This document shows, piece after piece, positions 16,435-26,739 of a stretch of 64,000 nucleotides of DNA. Position 1 is the stretch's first letter. Each line of letters starts with the position of its first letter. Under the pieces are notes generated by a model. That model worked only from the letters and a program-made list of their open reading frames with translations, was not told where the DNA came from and made no database searches. The position numbers were made by a program, and so were the translations under genes. The stretch comes from a virus (taxonomy: Duplodnaviria; Heunggongvirae; Uroviricota; Caudoviricetes), in IMG/VR virus record IMGVR_UViG_3300042898_001927. One strand, written 5' to 3'.

Positions 16435-17289
16435 TTATACTACTTTTATACTACCGCCAGATCCGGAATATGTAACTTCTCTGTCGTATTCATTAGGGAC
16501 TTCCCAATCTCGTCCTACATATACAATAGGCATGCCAGCTGATTTAAAACCTACTTCTGTCAGATTGTCACTTTGGTTTCCACCTGCAATAAGCACACTG
16601 CCGTTGGCTTTGTTATAACCCCTAAAAAATCCAATGTGCCCACCGCCGTTCCTGCTGAAGATTACAATATCATTGAGTCTCCATTTAGTTTTATCAGTTA
16701 CTGGCACGGATGTACCGAAATTCTTATATGCTAGGCTACTTAAGGTCTTTAATGATTTTACACCAACATTCTTAAGAACGCTACCTGCAAATGCTGCACA
16801 CCAAGGAGTCGAATCCGATGCCAGGTTAAATCCTACAGCTTTATATGCTGCTAAGATTCTGGCGGTAGATCCTGTTTCCTTCCACAAATTCTGTTTTGCT
16901 TCCGATAAACAGAGATCGATATTTCTTGCCAAATCAATGAACACTGTTCCGGTGGCAGTAGTAGCTGTCGAAGTCGCAGCAGTGTCAGATGCAATTTCTG
17001 CGTTAGTGCTTACCGTTTCAGCCGGCCCTTCTTGCGGAACTTCGCCGACTCCTGACAGGCCTACTTCTGCTTCTGCTTCGGAATTAGCAGCAGCGGCAGA
17101 AGTAGTAATTGCCTCTTCTTGTTCCGGACTTAGGGTTATTAGATTGAGCTCAGGAAGTGAAACTGATGCACTGGCACCAGGTGCTAACCAAAGTGCAACG
17201 GGCACACTATTAACAAAAACATTTCCGCTTCGATACACATCTGCTACGTGGACTACTCCATGTACGCCTGCGCCTGGAACATATGGCAT
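16435..17289 (-). CDS. Cell-wall hydrolase, TIGR02594/CHAP (NlpC-P60-like) family
   Basis: 284 aa. The C-terminal domain has the catalytic Cys in TPWCAAFAGSVLK and the His in GGHIGFFRGY, then GGNQSD. The N-terminal ~140 aa is Ala/Thr/Glu-rich and of unknown function. Confidence 0.65.
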   Translation of the reverse strand: MPYVPGAGVHGVVHVADVYRSGNVFVNSVPVALWLAPGASASVSLPELNLITLSPEQEEAITTSAAAANSEAEAEVGLSGVGEVPQEGPAETVSTNAEIASDTAATSTATTATGTVFIDLARNIDLCLSEAKQNLWKETGSTARILAAYKAVGFNLASDSTPWCAAFAGSVLKNVGVKSLKTLSSLAYKNFGTSVPVTDKTKWRLNDIVIFSRNGGGHIGFFRGYNKANGSVLIAGGNQSDNLTEVGFKSAGMPIVYVGRDWEVPNEYDREVTYSGSGGSIKVV

Positions 17290-17311
17290 ATTGTTATCTC
17301 CTATTGCTTAT

Positions 17312-17605
17312 TTAAGAGAGGGCAATACCTGTTGTGCCTTCGAGATACTGTTTGGCAGCTTCCCCTTTACTTTCTACAACAAAGAAAGTGTTACGCTTGG
17401 CAATAGTAACCTCACTGTCTTTGCCCAGGAACACCCAAGGAATCATTCCTAATCCTTGACCGTTCATAGTTAATGCCAATGGGCGATTAACAGTAATGGT
17501 GTCGTTATCTTCTTTTTCAAACTTTGCAATGATCTCATCACCATTGATTAATTTGATACTTACTACATCTCCTGCGGAGAAATTTTTACTTACATCAATT
17601 AACAT
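17312..17605 (-). CDS. Hypothetical protein
   Basis: ORF track, 97 aa. It is a small beta-rich protein. Its size and pattern are GroES/gp31-like, but no motif is convincing. Confidence 0.45.
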   Translation of the reverse strand: MLIDVSKNFSAGDVVSIKLINGDEIIAKFEKEDNDTITVNRPLALTMNGQGLGMIPWVFLGKDSEVTIAKRNTFFVVESKGEAAKQYLEGTTGIALS

Positions 17606-17606
17606 T

Positions 17607-18050
17607 TTATTCCTTATCTTCTTCTTTAGGTATTTCGCATAGTGCTTCTAGAGTTTTATAATGCTGGTATGCTTTCCGGAGTGCCTCGAAGTGTTCTAAC
17701 TTGGCAGGATCCGGAGTTAGGATAGCTAGACGCTTTTCAATGGTGGTCAGCATATCTCCAAGACTACGGCCCTTCCATTTGATATCCCCTTCGAATATTG
17801 CATCTGTACTAACATGCAGGCCCGTGCTCGAAATGTTTCCTACTGTGTTACTAGTTGAGAAAACATAAGGGTTAGTGCTCCATGTTCCGTTTGCGCCTGC
17901 GCTTACAAAATAGGACCCTGCAGAGCCTGTGGCACCAATGGAGTAGTTATTCATTGAGTTGCTAATATCAATTGATATAGTGTCATTGATCAGTGACTCA
18001 TCGGATAAATCATCTACAAAGATGGTTAGATCGTCATCGGTGTTAGCCAT
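17607..18050 (-). CDS. Hypothetical protein
   Basis: ORF track, 147 aa. It has an acidic N-terminus. Confidence 0.5.
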   Translation of the reverse strand: MANTDDDLTIFVDDLSDESLINDTISIDISNSMNNYSIGATGSAGSYFVSAGANGTWSTNPYVFSTSNTVGNISSTGLHVSTDAIFEGDIKWKGRSLGDMLTTIEKRLAILTPDPAKLEHFEALRKAYQHYKTLEALCEIPKEEDKE

Positions 18051-18267
18051 TTAACTTAGCCTTTAGTTCAGTAAAGCCGCCGATCAGTTCTCCATCTAAA
18101 AAGATCTGAGGAACTGTACGAGCGGTAGGTACAGCTTCTAATAATTCTTCTTTGGTGTAACCGTCACCAATTTTCTTTTCTTCAAAGGCAATGCCTTTCT
18201 GTTTCAATAATGCCTTTGCTTGATCGCAGTAAGGGCAATGGTACTTAGACCATACAATCGCGTTCAT
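18043..18267 (-). CDS. grx: Glutaredoxin (NrdC/NrdH-like redoxin)
   Basis: 74 aa. The CPYC active site is in VWSKYHCPYCDQAK. The C-terminal TVPQIFLDGELIGG is the glutaredoxin signature. Confidence 0.85.
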   Translation of the reverse strand: MNAIVWSKYHCPYCDQAKALLKQKGIAFEEKKIGDGYTKEELLEAVPTARTVPQIFLDGELIGGFTELKAKLNG

Positions 18268-18278
18268 TTTATTTCCTT

Positions 18279-19379
18279 TTATAGATCTGGTAATTCTTCG
18301 TACTCAACTGCATCGCTCATAACGCCGATGACGTAGTTTGTACTTTCATTTTCTTGTAGAGCAGTCTGCTTCTTGTTGATATTAACATGTTTGTTGAACC
18401 AAGGAATAGGACTAAATTTAGGATGCTCCCCTTGGTACTTAATACCAATTTCCTTTAAACGTGTAAATGCAGTATAATCGACAAAGTCGCTAAGGATGGC
18501 AGCATTAAGTCCGATAACTGGACCTAACTTAAACAAGTAGGTTGCCCATTCTTTCTCTTCACGGATAACATCCATGTACATTGCATACACTTCTTCAGCA
18601 CATTCATCGACGATGGCTGCAAATCTAGGATCGTCTTTGACTACATTGTTGATTAGCCAAGCAGTCCATTCTGCGTGTAGTAACTCATCTTGTAAAATCA
18701 AACTGATGATGTTGCCATTGCCAATGTAGATCTTGTTCTCGACCATTGCCAACGATGTAGCAAAGGATACCATAAAGCGGAATGCTTCGAGGGCATAGCT
18801 GGCGTTCAAGGCTAACCAGATAGCCTTGATGTGTTCATGCTCGCTAATTTCCTCACCGACTTCCTTGCGGCAATTAATTCGATGTAGTGTTTCGTAGTAC
18901 ATACCGACACTACTGGCCATACTTACGATTGGCTCGATGTCATGAATCTTGTTAAATTCTTCTTTAGGTACGCCATAGACATTACGAATAATGTGACTGT
19001 AAGATTTTGAGTGAATATTTGTTTCAAAGAAACTCCAATTAGATACTAGTGCTTCTAGTTCCGGGATTGAGATAACAGGACTGAATACCTGATTAGGTGC
19101 TCGTCCTTGAATACTGTCCAAGGCTGTTTGACGCAGTAGGTTGCTGGTAAAGATATGTTTTACTGCATCGCTAGATTCTTTATGATCCATTTTGTCTTTG
19201 GTAAGACTGATTTCTTCTGGGACCCAAAAGAAGCCACGTGCTAGTTCTTCATACTTGGCAATCTTAGGATACTTAACTTCTTCAAATCGTTGCACAGTGA
19301 CAGGACCAGCAGGATCTAAAAACATTTTTCGTTTTAGATAGTTTGTTTGCTTACTTAAATTATATTGTTCTTTACTCAT
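18279..19379 (-). CDS. nrdB: Ribonucleotide reductase class Ia small subunit
   Basis: 366 aa. It is ferritin-like with di-iron ligands (FFWVPEE...; paired EXXH helices) and has the C-terminal acidic tail used for docking R1. Confidence 0.9.
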   Translation of the reverse strand: MSKEQYNLSKQTNYLKRKMFLDPAGPVTVQRFEEVKYPKIAKYEELARGFFWVPEEISLTKDKMDHKESSDAVKHIFTSNLLRQTALDSIQGRAPNQVFSPVISIPELEALVSNWSFFETNIHSKSYSHIIRNVYGVPKEEFNKIHDIEPIVSMASSVGMYYETLHRINCRKEVGEEISEHEHIKAIWLALNASYALEAFRFMVSFATSLAMVENKIYIGNGNIISLILQDELLHAEWTAWLINNVVKDDPRFAAIVDECAEEVYAMYMDVIREEKEWATYLFKLGPVIGLNAAILSDFVDYTAFTRLKEIGIKYQGEHPKFSPIPWFNKHVNINKKQTALQENESTNYVIGVMSDAVEYEELPDL

Positions 19380-19758
19380 TTGTGTGTTTCTTTCTATAGT
19401 CTTCTACTGCGGCTTTAATTGCATCTTCGGCTAGAATACTGCAATGTATCTTAACTGGGGGCAATGCTAGTTCTTCAGCAATTTGGCTATTACGAATGTG
19501 ACTAGCATCATCCACATGCATTCCTTTAACCATCTCAGTGACAAGACTGGAGCTGGCGATTGCTGAACCACATCCATATGTCTTGAAACGAGCATCTCTA
19601 ATAATACCATTTTCATCTACCTTTATCTGTAGTTTCATTACATCACCGCAGGCAGGGGCACCGACCATTCCAGTACCTACTCCTTCTTCGTCTTTAGCAA
19701 AGCTACCTACGTTACGAGGATTCTCATAGTGGTCAATAACTTTATCTGAATAGGCCAT
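19372..19758 (-). CDS. iscU: IscU/NifU-type Fe-S cluster scaffold protein
   Basis: 128 aa. The three conserved Cys are present (GAPACGDVMKL, KTYGCGSAIASS, HCSILAEDAIKAA). The LPPVK motif is also present. The gene overlaps nrdA and nrdB at both ends. Confidence 0.85.
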   Translation of the reverse strand: MAYSDKVIDHYENPRNVGSFAKDEEGVGTGMVGAPACGDVMKLQIKVDENGIIRDARFKTYGCGSAIASSSLVTEMVKGMHVDDASHIRNSQIAEELALPPVKIHCSILAEDAIKAAVEDYRKKHTNE

Positions 19759-22118
19759 TATAGTTTACATGCCTCGCAGTCGGCATCGTCGTACAGAGTT
19801 ACATTATCAACAGCATTAACATATGATGGAGGAGCAACTACTAATGTATTGGTAGTTGTTACACCTTCCTTAGCGCCGACTTTGTTAATTAAGCTATAGT
19901 ATATAGTCTTGATACCCCATTTGTAAGCCAGCATTAAGTTTTTGGCAATTAAAGTTCCGGGGACCTTGCGATCCTTTTGTGGATCTAAACTGGTAAAGTG
20001 TGCAGGATTGTAGAATGTGTTAGTGCTCAAACTTTGATCAATGTAGGCTGCAAGTACTGCGGCAGTTTTCAAATAATCAACACAGTCCTTTTGATCCCAC
20101 ATCAACTGATAACGATTCTTTAGACGTTTGTATTCTGGTACTACCTGTACAAAAGACCCTGCCTTGGATTCCTTAACACTGATAAGTTCCATCGGCATTT
20201 CAATACCGTTGGTACTGTTAAGCACGACCGAACTAGATTCAACTGGAGCAACTGCCATTAAGGTAGCGTTACGAATACCATACTTTTTCATCATCGCACG
20301 TAGAGGTTCCCAATCCATGCTTGGTGTAAAGTCTGTTAGTTCATCTACTCCTTTATTTCTACGCTCCCAAGGAAACACTCCCTTACCATAATAAGTATGC
20401 TGACTACGTCCGCATGGCCCACGTTCTTGGGCAAGCTCGACACTTGTTTCAGTTAGGTAGTATGCTTGATGTTCCATCCAACGTTTGACTTCGGCAAGAG
20501 CATCCTTCTCGCCGTATTTAAAACTACGCTTGGCATGCCAGTAGGCCAAGTTAGTAATGCCAACACCTAACGGTTCAAATTCACTATTGGCCATCTTTGA
20601 CTGTACGCTTAAGAAATCTTGATATGATAACAAGTTACTCAAGCTACGGACCAACACACGGCAGGCTTTACGCATCTCTTGCGGATTGCGGAACGCACCC
20701 CAGTTGATTGACCCAAGAGTGCAAAGAGCAATTCGTCCCTCTGCATCTTCAATTCTCTGGAAAGGACGGGTGGGTAAAAGTATCTCTTGGCATAGGTTTG
20801 ATTGATATATTGGATCCAAGGTTGTATCAAACGGGCCCTGGTTGATAACGTTGTCGATGTTGACAAAATATATGCGCCCAGTGTCAGTGCGCTCTTTAAG
20901 TATTCCAGCTTTGAATATCGCATCCGCTGATACAACTTTCTTTTTCTTTGTCTTATCTTGCTCATACTGTAGATACAATTTTTCAAACAGGCCGCTATCA
21001 CGATAGTAGGCTTCGTACAAGTCCGGAACTTCTGCAGGGTCAAACAAGCTCATCATTTCGCCATTCTTATAGCGGTTCCAGAACATCTTGCTGACTACTA
21101 CTGAATAGTCCATTTGACGCACACGAGTTTCTTCAGTACCTTGGTTGTTCTTTAGAACAATAAGATCTTCGAACTGATAATGCCAGACGGGAAAAGTCAC
21201 CGTACAACTTGCATTACGGATTCCACCTTGGCTGCAACTGCGAAGGTCTGCGAACCACTTTTTCAAGAAAGGGATCATTCCAGTATGCTTGATCTCACCG
21301 TTGCGAATTGGTGCACCTAACGGTCTGATTCTGCCTATTTCAAGGCCGATTCCGGCTCGTTTTGAAGCATATTTGGCCATCATTTCGCCTGCTGCGAAGA
21401 TACTATCCAGTGTGTCATCACTGCTGATCAATACACATGAACTGAATTGTTTTGTTGTGGTTCCTAGGCCGGCGAGAACAGGTGTAGCTAATGTGAAGTG
21501 TCCGTCACTAGCTGACTCGTAGTATTCCTTAACCCACTTTAATCTTTTATCTTTAGGTTCGTTATGAAACGCTGTTGCTGCGGCAATTGCATAGCGAACC
21601 TGAGGTGTTTCGTAGATTTGACCAGTAGCACGGTTCTGTACCAGATACTTTTCTGCTAACTGTGCAATGGCTGCATAGGTATAGTTTTCATCCTTGGCAT
21701 GATCGATGAATAGATCAATGATATCCCATTCTTCTTTAGAGTACCAGTCTAGCAGTTCGCTAGTGTACATGCCTAGATCTACATTCTTTTTAACAATATC
21801 ATACAATGCTGGAGGATCATAATCACCATAGACCTCTTTGCGTAACATGCTAACTTTTTGACGACCTGCTACATACTGATAATTGACATTATTAATTTCT
21901 GGATTTTCAGATTCGTCAATTAAATCTACCATGGCCTTGAGCAAGAGCTCGTCTATGGTTTCGGTAGTCATACCGTCGTGGAGTTCAATTTGAGCTTTAA
22001 TCTCAATCATCGAAGGACTTACTCCATCGATACCCCTGCAGCCGTAAGCTACTTGTCTCTGTATTTTTGCGATATCTAACGGAACGCGATGTCCATTACG
22101 CTTGACCACTGTGATCAT
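19758..22118 (-). CDS. nrdA: Ribonucleotide reductase class Ia large subunit
   Basis: 786 aa. The N-terminal ATP-cone is VVKRNGHRVPLDIAKIQ. The catalytic region and the C-terminal CEAC (CX2C) shuttle pair are present. Confidence 0.95.
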   Translation of the reverse strand: MITVVKRNGHRVPLDIAKIQRQVAYGCRGIDGVSPSMIEIKAQIELHDGMTTETIDELLLKAMVDLIDESENPEINNVNYQYVAGRQKVSMLRKEVYGDYDPPALYDIVKKNVDLGMYTSELLDWYSKEEWDIIDLFIDHAKDENYTYAAIAQLAEKYLVQNRATGQIYETPQVRYAIAAATAFHNEPKDKRLKWVKEYYESASDGHFTLATPVLAGLGTTTKQFSSCVLISSDDTLDSIFAAGEMMAKYASKRAGIGLEIGRIRPLGAPIRNGEIKHTGMIPFLKKWFADLRSCSQGGIRNASCTVTFPVWHYQFEDLIVLKNNQGTEETRVRQMDYSVVVSKMFWNRYKNGEMMSLFDPAEVPDLYEAYYRDSGLFEKLYLQYEQDKTKKKKVVSADAIFKAGILKERTDTGRIYFVNIDNVINQGPFDTTLDPIYQSNLCQEILLPTRPFQRIEDAEGRIALCTLGSINWGAFRNPQEMRKACRVLVRSLSNLLSYQDFLSVQSKMANSEFEPLGVGITNLAYWHAKRSFKYGEKDALAEVKRWMEHQAYYLTETSVELAQERGPCGRSQHTYYGKGVFPWERRNKGVDELTDFTPSMDWEPLRAMMKKYGIRNATLMAVAPVESSSVVLNSTNGIEMPMELISVKESKAGSFVQVVPEYKRLKNRYQLMWDQKDCVDYLKTAAVLAAYIDQSLSTNTFYNPAHFTSLDPQKDRKVPGTLIAKNLMLAYKWGIKTIYYSLINKVGAKEGVTTTNTLVVAPPSYVNAVDNVTLYDDADCEACKL

Positions 22119-22152
22119 TAAGTAACCTCTTTTTATTGTTCTAGGTTGATAT

Positions 22153-22587
22153 TTACCTTGGGACGGTAACTTCTATTAAATTTTCAAGTCTAAATGAGTC
22201 GGTCAATTCTTGTCCAGAGATTGGTCCATTATCATCATAGTTTATAATCCATTTATCATCAACATATACTAGATTATACTGCCTCGTACGATTAGAATCA
22301 ACTAGTGTTCGCAATTCAATTTTGCTATCCTTAAATTTTTTTGTCAATTTAAGCGTCCAGCCGATCATTAGTGCTTTGGTAAAATCATCATAGATGTTAT
22401 CTGCAATAATTTCCCAGGGGCTGGGCCAGCTTTGTTGATAATGAGGATCAATGTTCCTATTGTGTGGGGTGAAGGGAGCCCGGTGCCAAAAATCCCAAAC
22501 GGTCTGTAAGGGGTCTGCTGACTCGTCTAACTCTCTTCTATGATTTGCCCACTCTGTTAATCTACTATCTACAGGTTGGTTAAACAT
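22153..22587 (-). CDS. Hypothetical protein
   Basis: ORF track, 144 aa, Trp-rich. Confidence 0.5.
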   Translation of the reverse strand: MFNQPVDSRLTEWANHRRELDESADPLQTVWDFWHRAPFTPHNRNIDPHYQQSWPSPWEIIADNIYDDFTKALMIGWTLKLTKKFKDSKIELRTLVDSNRTRQYNLVYVDDKWIINYDDNGPISGQELTDSFRLENLIEVTVPR

Positions 22588-22594
22588 ATTGTCC

Positions 22595-24304
22595 TTATAA
22601 CATTAATTTTGTCTGAAGTTCTACTTGTACTGCACTGGCCAATGTTGGATTTACGCCAATAAGTTCGTAGTATCTATATGCAGGTTCTACAGTTATTCCC
22701 CAATATAATCCACCATCTGATCCGGATGCATTATATTCGTCAAATAGTTGTACGTCAGAAGGAGTTGAACCTTTTCTAATATACACATGTAAATTTCCTG
22801 TTCTAGCTATAGTGCTATCATATGAATTACAATTATACTTTAAATTTAGATATTGTGCATTCCCTGTTATAGGTAAGCGCATGATCGTAGTTGAAGTATT
22901 TGCTGCCATCGTAGCAGTTGATACAGAGCTAAGATCAAGTGTTGCAGGTCCTTCAACTAATGGAAAATATGTATAGTTTGTTCCGAAGTTTTGGTCTTGC
23001 CATTGCTGTCTATAGAAGTAGTCGTTAATACTGGCATTTCCCTGAGTGGAAAATTTGATAACACTAGTTCCTACATTGGCAGTTTCGTTCAAACCATAAT
23101 TGCCTACTCTAACGTAGGAGTTATTCATACTAATATGATTAGTAGGTTCTTTATTTGTGTTTGGTCCAACAAAGAATCCTTGATTCTGAATCTCTTCAAA
23201 TTTATTATTAACTAGCCTTGCGTACTTCGGCCCCGATGTTGCTAATAGATTAGTCGCTGTACTAAATGCTACACCGTAGGCAGAATATTTAAAGCTATTA
23301 TTCTGAATAACAATGTTGTTTGTATCATAGTTTGATCTAACGTCATAGTACAAACCTGTGAATTGACAATTGTCAATTAAAATGTTTTCGGAAGTAACAT
23401 TACTATACCCGCGGATATCGATACCTGTATATCCAGGATCTCCGAGATCTAGTGGAGTTTGATGACCTTCAAATTTTACTTTTCTAATTGTAGCGTGATC
23501 TACACAGTCTAAACTTAAAAGGCTTAGGTGTCCAGTTGTAGGAATGTCAGCATTATACCTAATGGTCATGCCTTCTATCTGAATATTAGCAGGCTGTCCG
23601 CTTCCTGAAATAGTTGTAATCGAACTACCAGTATTGGCATCAAATCTTCCAGTTGCAGCATCGAGCCTTCTTGCATCGTAATCAACGGTTTGAAATACTC
23701 CAGATCCTGTACTGATACATTCAATAATAGTTTTATCAATACCTTCACCGATGATGACAGTGTTTCTAGGAATATAGACTTTTCCGCCTACTCTATAGAC
23801 ACCGGCAGGAACTAGCAGTTTCTTATTATATCTGTTAGAGCCGTAATCATCGAATGTTTCTCCGGTGATTAAATTCTTATCTAAAAACAAATGATCAACT
23901 GCTAACTGTAGAGTCTCAGTAATATCAATTGCTTCTGTAGCAGTGGTAGTAATTATTCCAAAGTCTGCAACACTGACAATATCATCTAGTTTGTTCTGGG
24001 CACTTCTAACTACTTTGGCACTGATAGTAGAAGTAGAAGTGATCTTGTTAGCATTATCAATTTCCCATGTGTAGGAGGCTTGCAGTGCTGCATTGGAAAC
24101 AAAACTATTGAACAGTCTTACATCGTTTTCAGTCAGTACTCGGATGTTAGCATCTCGGGCACCACCGTCTTCTCTTTTAAGACCAATATATAAGTTTTCA
24201 GTATCCTCAGCCCAAGCAAATTCTCCTCCAGCAAGCTGCGGAATGCCTATTTGATTCTCTTGTCCTCTGCGAACCTGTATTTTTGCAATCTCAATTACGG
24301 CCAT
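22595..24304 (-). CDS. Tail fibre/tailspike-like protein with a parallel beta-helix (pectate-lyase fold)
   Basis: 569 aa. The N-terminus IAKIQVRRGQE...GE.A.AEDTENLYIG is the conserved phage fibre N-terminal motif. The body has repeated beta-helix rungs (IDNCQFTGLYYDVRSN, IVIQNNSFKYSAYGVAFS). Confidence 0.6.
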   Translation of the reverse strand: MAVIEIAKIQVRRGQENQIGIPQLAGGEFAWAEDTENLYIGLKREDGGARDANIRVLTENDVRLFNSFVSNAALQASYTWEIDNANKITSTSTISAKVVRSAQNKLDDIVSVADFGIITTTATEAIDITETLQLAVDHLFLDKNLITGETFDDYGSNRYNKKLLVPAGVYRVGGKVYIPRNTVIIGEGIDKTIIECISTGSGVFQTVDYDARRLDAATGRFDANTGSSITTISGSGQPANIQIEGMTIRYNADIPTTGHLSLLSLDCVDHATIRKVKFEGHQTPLDLGDPGYTGIDIRGYSNVTSENILIDNCQFTGLYYDVRSNYDTNNIVIQNNSFKYSAYGVAFSTATNLLATSGPKYARLVNNKFEEIQNQGFFVGPNTNKEPTNHISMNNSYVRVGNYGLNETANVGTSVIKFSTQGNASINDYFYRQQWQDQNFGTNYTYFPLVEGPATLDLSSVSTATMAANTSTTIMRLPITGNAQYLNLKYNCNSYDSTIARTGNLHVYIRKGSTPSDVQLFDEYNASGSDGGLYWGITVEPAYRYYELIGVNPTLASAVQVELQTKLML

Positions 24305-24345
24305 AAAAATATCCCTGTTATAGGATATTTATCAGAGAGCAGTGT

Positions 24346-25038
24346 TTATAATTTGTAGTACTCTTCGACTTTGCTCAACCACATGTCTTCGTACTTGTTA
24401 AAATTATCTTTGTTTAGATCAAATTGCTGATATTGGAAGTCTCTGCTACACATAAAAATAACACCTCTACGAATATCAGTCTTATAGACTTCATTATGTG
24501 CTAAGATATAGGCAACTAGCTGTACATAGTAGTCTTCAACCCATTCTGCCTTCTTTGGTTTGTTAGTTTGTTTGTGGTCGCAAACTGCTGGTTCGCCTTC
24601 AAATACTCCTACTAGGTCAGTGGTACCGCTGTATAGTCCAGGAAAGTACAATGACTGTTCCATAGCCCATACTTCGTTCATTTTGCTTAGACCGTTTTCA
24701 ATAATAACATCTGCCATTGCGTTAGCCTGTACATGCACAGGGTTATTGCCCGGCTGTCGCTGTTCGCCGATTAAGAAGCGTTCTAAGTTGGCGTGCATAG
24801 CTGTACCTACTCCTGCGGCTTCCTTAGTGATCTGTGCAGCATTAGCTTCACCTACTCGCTTACGCCATTCGATCAAGTGTGTTTGATCTTTAGTAGCGCC
24901 AAGGATAGTAGTAACGCTAGGTAGTTTTTCACCGTCAGGTGTTTGATAAACTCGTTTCCGTGTTACCGGATCATTTATCTGCTGACAATTTTTGTATTGG
25001 AATCGTTCGATGAACGGAGGAGGAGTATAAACTTGCAT
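24346..25038 (-). CDS. PD-(D/E)XK nuclease, RecB/Cas4-like family
   Basis: 230 aa. Motif II is TTDLVGVF, motif III is CDHK, and the QhxxY motif (YVQLVAYILAH) follows. Confidence 0.55.
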   Translation of the reverse strand: MQVYTPPPFIERFQYKNCQQINDPVTRKRVYQTPDGEKLPSVTTILGATKDQTHLIEWRKRVGEANAAQITKEAAGVGTAMHANLERFLIGEQRQPGNNPVHVQANAMADVIIENGLSKMNEVWAMEQSLYFPGLYSGTTDLVGVFEGEPAVCDHKQTNKPKKAEWVEDYYVQLVAYILAHNEVYKTDIRRGVIFMCSRDFQYQQFDLNKDNFNKYEDMWLSKVEEYYKL

Positions 25039-25070
25039 TACTATAATTATAGCAGTGCAAGTTTATGAAG

Positions 25071-25409
25071 TCAAATATCTGGCGATAATTTCTTAGCATT
25101 TCTAGATGCCATTGCATCTAATGCTGGAGAGCCTGCGGGCTCTTGTGGTTGATTTGGATTTGCTTCCCCTGTGTTAAGGATAACATTTCCTTGATCATCG
25201 ATATCTTGGATAACATCGCCTGCTGGATCAACAGCGTTTTTGAGTGCAATCAATCCGTCTGGAGTGTTAATGCCTAGATTATAGGGTTGTAACAATTTCA
25301 TTACAACAGGGAAAGGCAAGGTAGAGGATTGTTGTTCTCTATTAGCTTGCCCTTGTAAGACTGCTAGAACATCTCTAGCAGATCCTAAATCTACTTCAAA
25401 TAATCTCAT
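25071..25409 (-). CDS. Hypothetical protein
   Basis: ORF track, 112 aa. Its stop overlaps the next gene's start. Confidence 0.45.
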   Translation of the reverse strand: MRLFEVDLGSARDVLAVLQGQANREQQSSTLPFPVVMKLLQPYNLGINTPDGLIALKNAVDPAGDVIQDIDDQGNVILNTGEANPNQPQEPAGSPALDAMASRNAKKLSPDI

Positions 25410-26710
25410 TTAGCTAATTTGCTTAGAATAGAATGGCTCTCAGCTAGCTTACGAGCAAATCGGCTTTCGCGCATTTCACGACCCGGAACGCCTGCACCTG
25501 CTGCGGCATCACTTGCGCCAAACTCGTCGCCTGCTGCTGGCATTGGATTCATATCATCCGGTGCTGCAACATCCATGCTTGGTTCCATACCTGCGTCCAT
25601 ACCTGGTTCCATTCCCATGCCTACGTCTGGAGTAGCTTCGCCTGCTAGAACTGCAACTGCTCCGCTAACTGCTTCGCGCTGTTGAGTTAGTGTTTCTAGT
25701 GTAGCGCTCAATGCTGGACCAACTGCCTGTTTAAATGCTTCTGCTTCTGCTGCTCCAAAGTCCGCTTTGATAGCATCTGCAAGTTCAATCATTGTCTTAG
25801 TCTGATATTGACCAACACGTTGCATCCAGCTAGTGAAATCATTGACCATATCTCCTGCGCTGGTAATAGCTTTAGCCTTGCCTTCTTCATCTTCGTTAAT
25901 AAGATAATTTAGACTTTCATTAACAATAGCAACATGACGCTTATAGATAGAATTAGCTTCTTCTAGCTTGTTAGTTTTTTTAGCAACAGATTCTTTTTTG
26001 GCTTTAGCTTTAGCTTTCTTAGTATCTGCATCGTCGCCACCGTCAGTGAATGTGCTAGCTTTACGTGTATATTGAGTACCTGTACCAGTATCTTTCTTGT
26101 CGAACTTGCCAGTAGTCTTTTCTTTTTCAGCACGAGCCTTAGCATCTGCTACAGTTGGAAAGCCTTCTTTAACTTTCTTTTCTTTAGCAGCTTTCTTCAT
26201 TGGCTCTTTCTTGTTACCATCTTTGTCCATGTCTAAGAAGTCAGGCTTTGCTGATTCTTCAAATGGCTTGCCAGATTTAGCAGCAGCTTTAGCACGGCTA
26301 CCCCAGACTTCGTCTTTAGGGCTTTCTTTCTTACCGTCGCCGTCATAATCCTTAGCGGCTGTTCCCTGTGCGTGAATCTTGTGCTTAGGAGCGCGAACTC
26401 CTTTTTTAGCTTCGCTTAATTCTGTCATTTTGTCGCGTAATTTTTTGATGTCTTCGCCTAGCATTTCTTTGATCCTTGTATTAAGCAATGCTAACATTGC
26501 TTTGTCTTTTTGATATGTCTCGTTGGTCAGTAGGTCATTAATACCTGCTCTACCTTCTTGCTGGAACACACGAGTGCGAAGTTTATTTCGCATGTCTTCT
26601 AACTGCTCTCTAGAATACTTATTAAAGTTGACGTTGACGCCAAACATTTTGTTCATGTTTTCATTAAGCTGTGAACTTGTTGTTTTATTCCTGAAATCAC
26701 TAGTTTTCAT
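25406..26710 (-). CDS. Lys/Ala-rich coiled-coil protein with a Met/Pro/Gly-rich C-terminus (scaffold/internal-protein-like)
   Basis: 434 aa. It has a long KAKAKAKK-type basic low-complexity stretch, and the C-terminus has MGMEPGMDAGMEPSMD repeats. The call is speculative. Confidence 0.5.
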   Translation of the reverse strand: MKTSDFRNKTTSSQLNENMNKMFGVNVNFNKYSREQLEDMRNKLRTRVFQQEGRAGINDLLTNETYQKDKAMLALLNTRIKEMLGEDIKKLRDKMTELSEAKKGVRAPKHKIHAQGTAAKDYDGDGKKESPKDEVWGSRAKAAAKSGKPFEESAKPDFLDMDKDGNKKEPMKKAAKEKKVKEGFPTVADAKARAEKEKTTGKFDKKDTGTGTQYTRKASTFTDGGDDADTKKAKAKAKKESVAKKTNKLEEANSIYKRHVAIVNESLNYLINEDEEGKAKAITSAGDMVNDFTSWMQRVGQYQTKTMIELADAIKADFGAAEAEAFKQAVGPALSATLETLTQQREAVSGAVAVLAGEATPDVGMGMEPGMDAGMEPSMDVAAPDDMNPMPAAGDEFGASDAAAGAGVPGREMRESRFARKLAESHSILSKLAK

Positions 26711-26739
26711 ATTTGTTCCAAAAGATTGATTAAATTTAT

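Noticed and set aside
17312-17605. GroES/gp31-like co-chaperonin call for the 97-aa ORF
   Set aside because: The size and beta-rich pattern fit, but no mobile-loop or roof-hairpin motif is recognisable. It is left as hypothetical.
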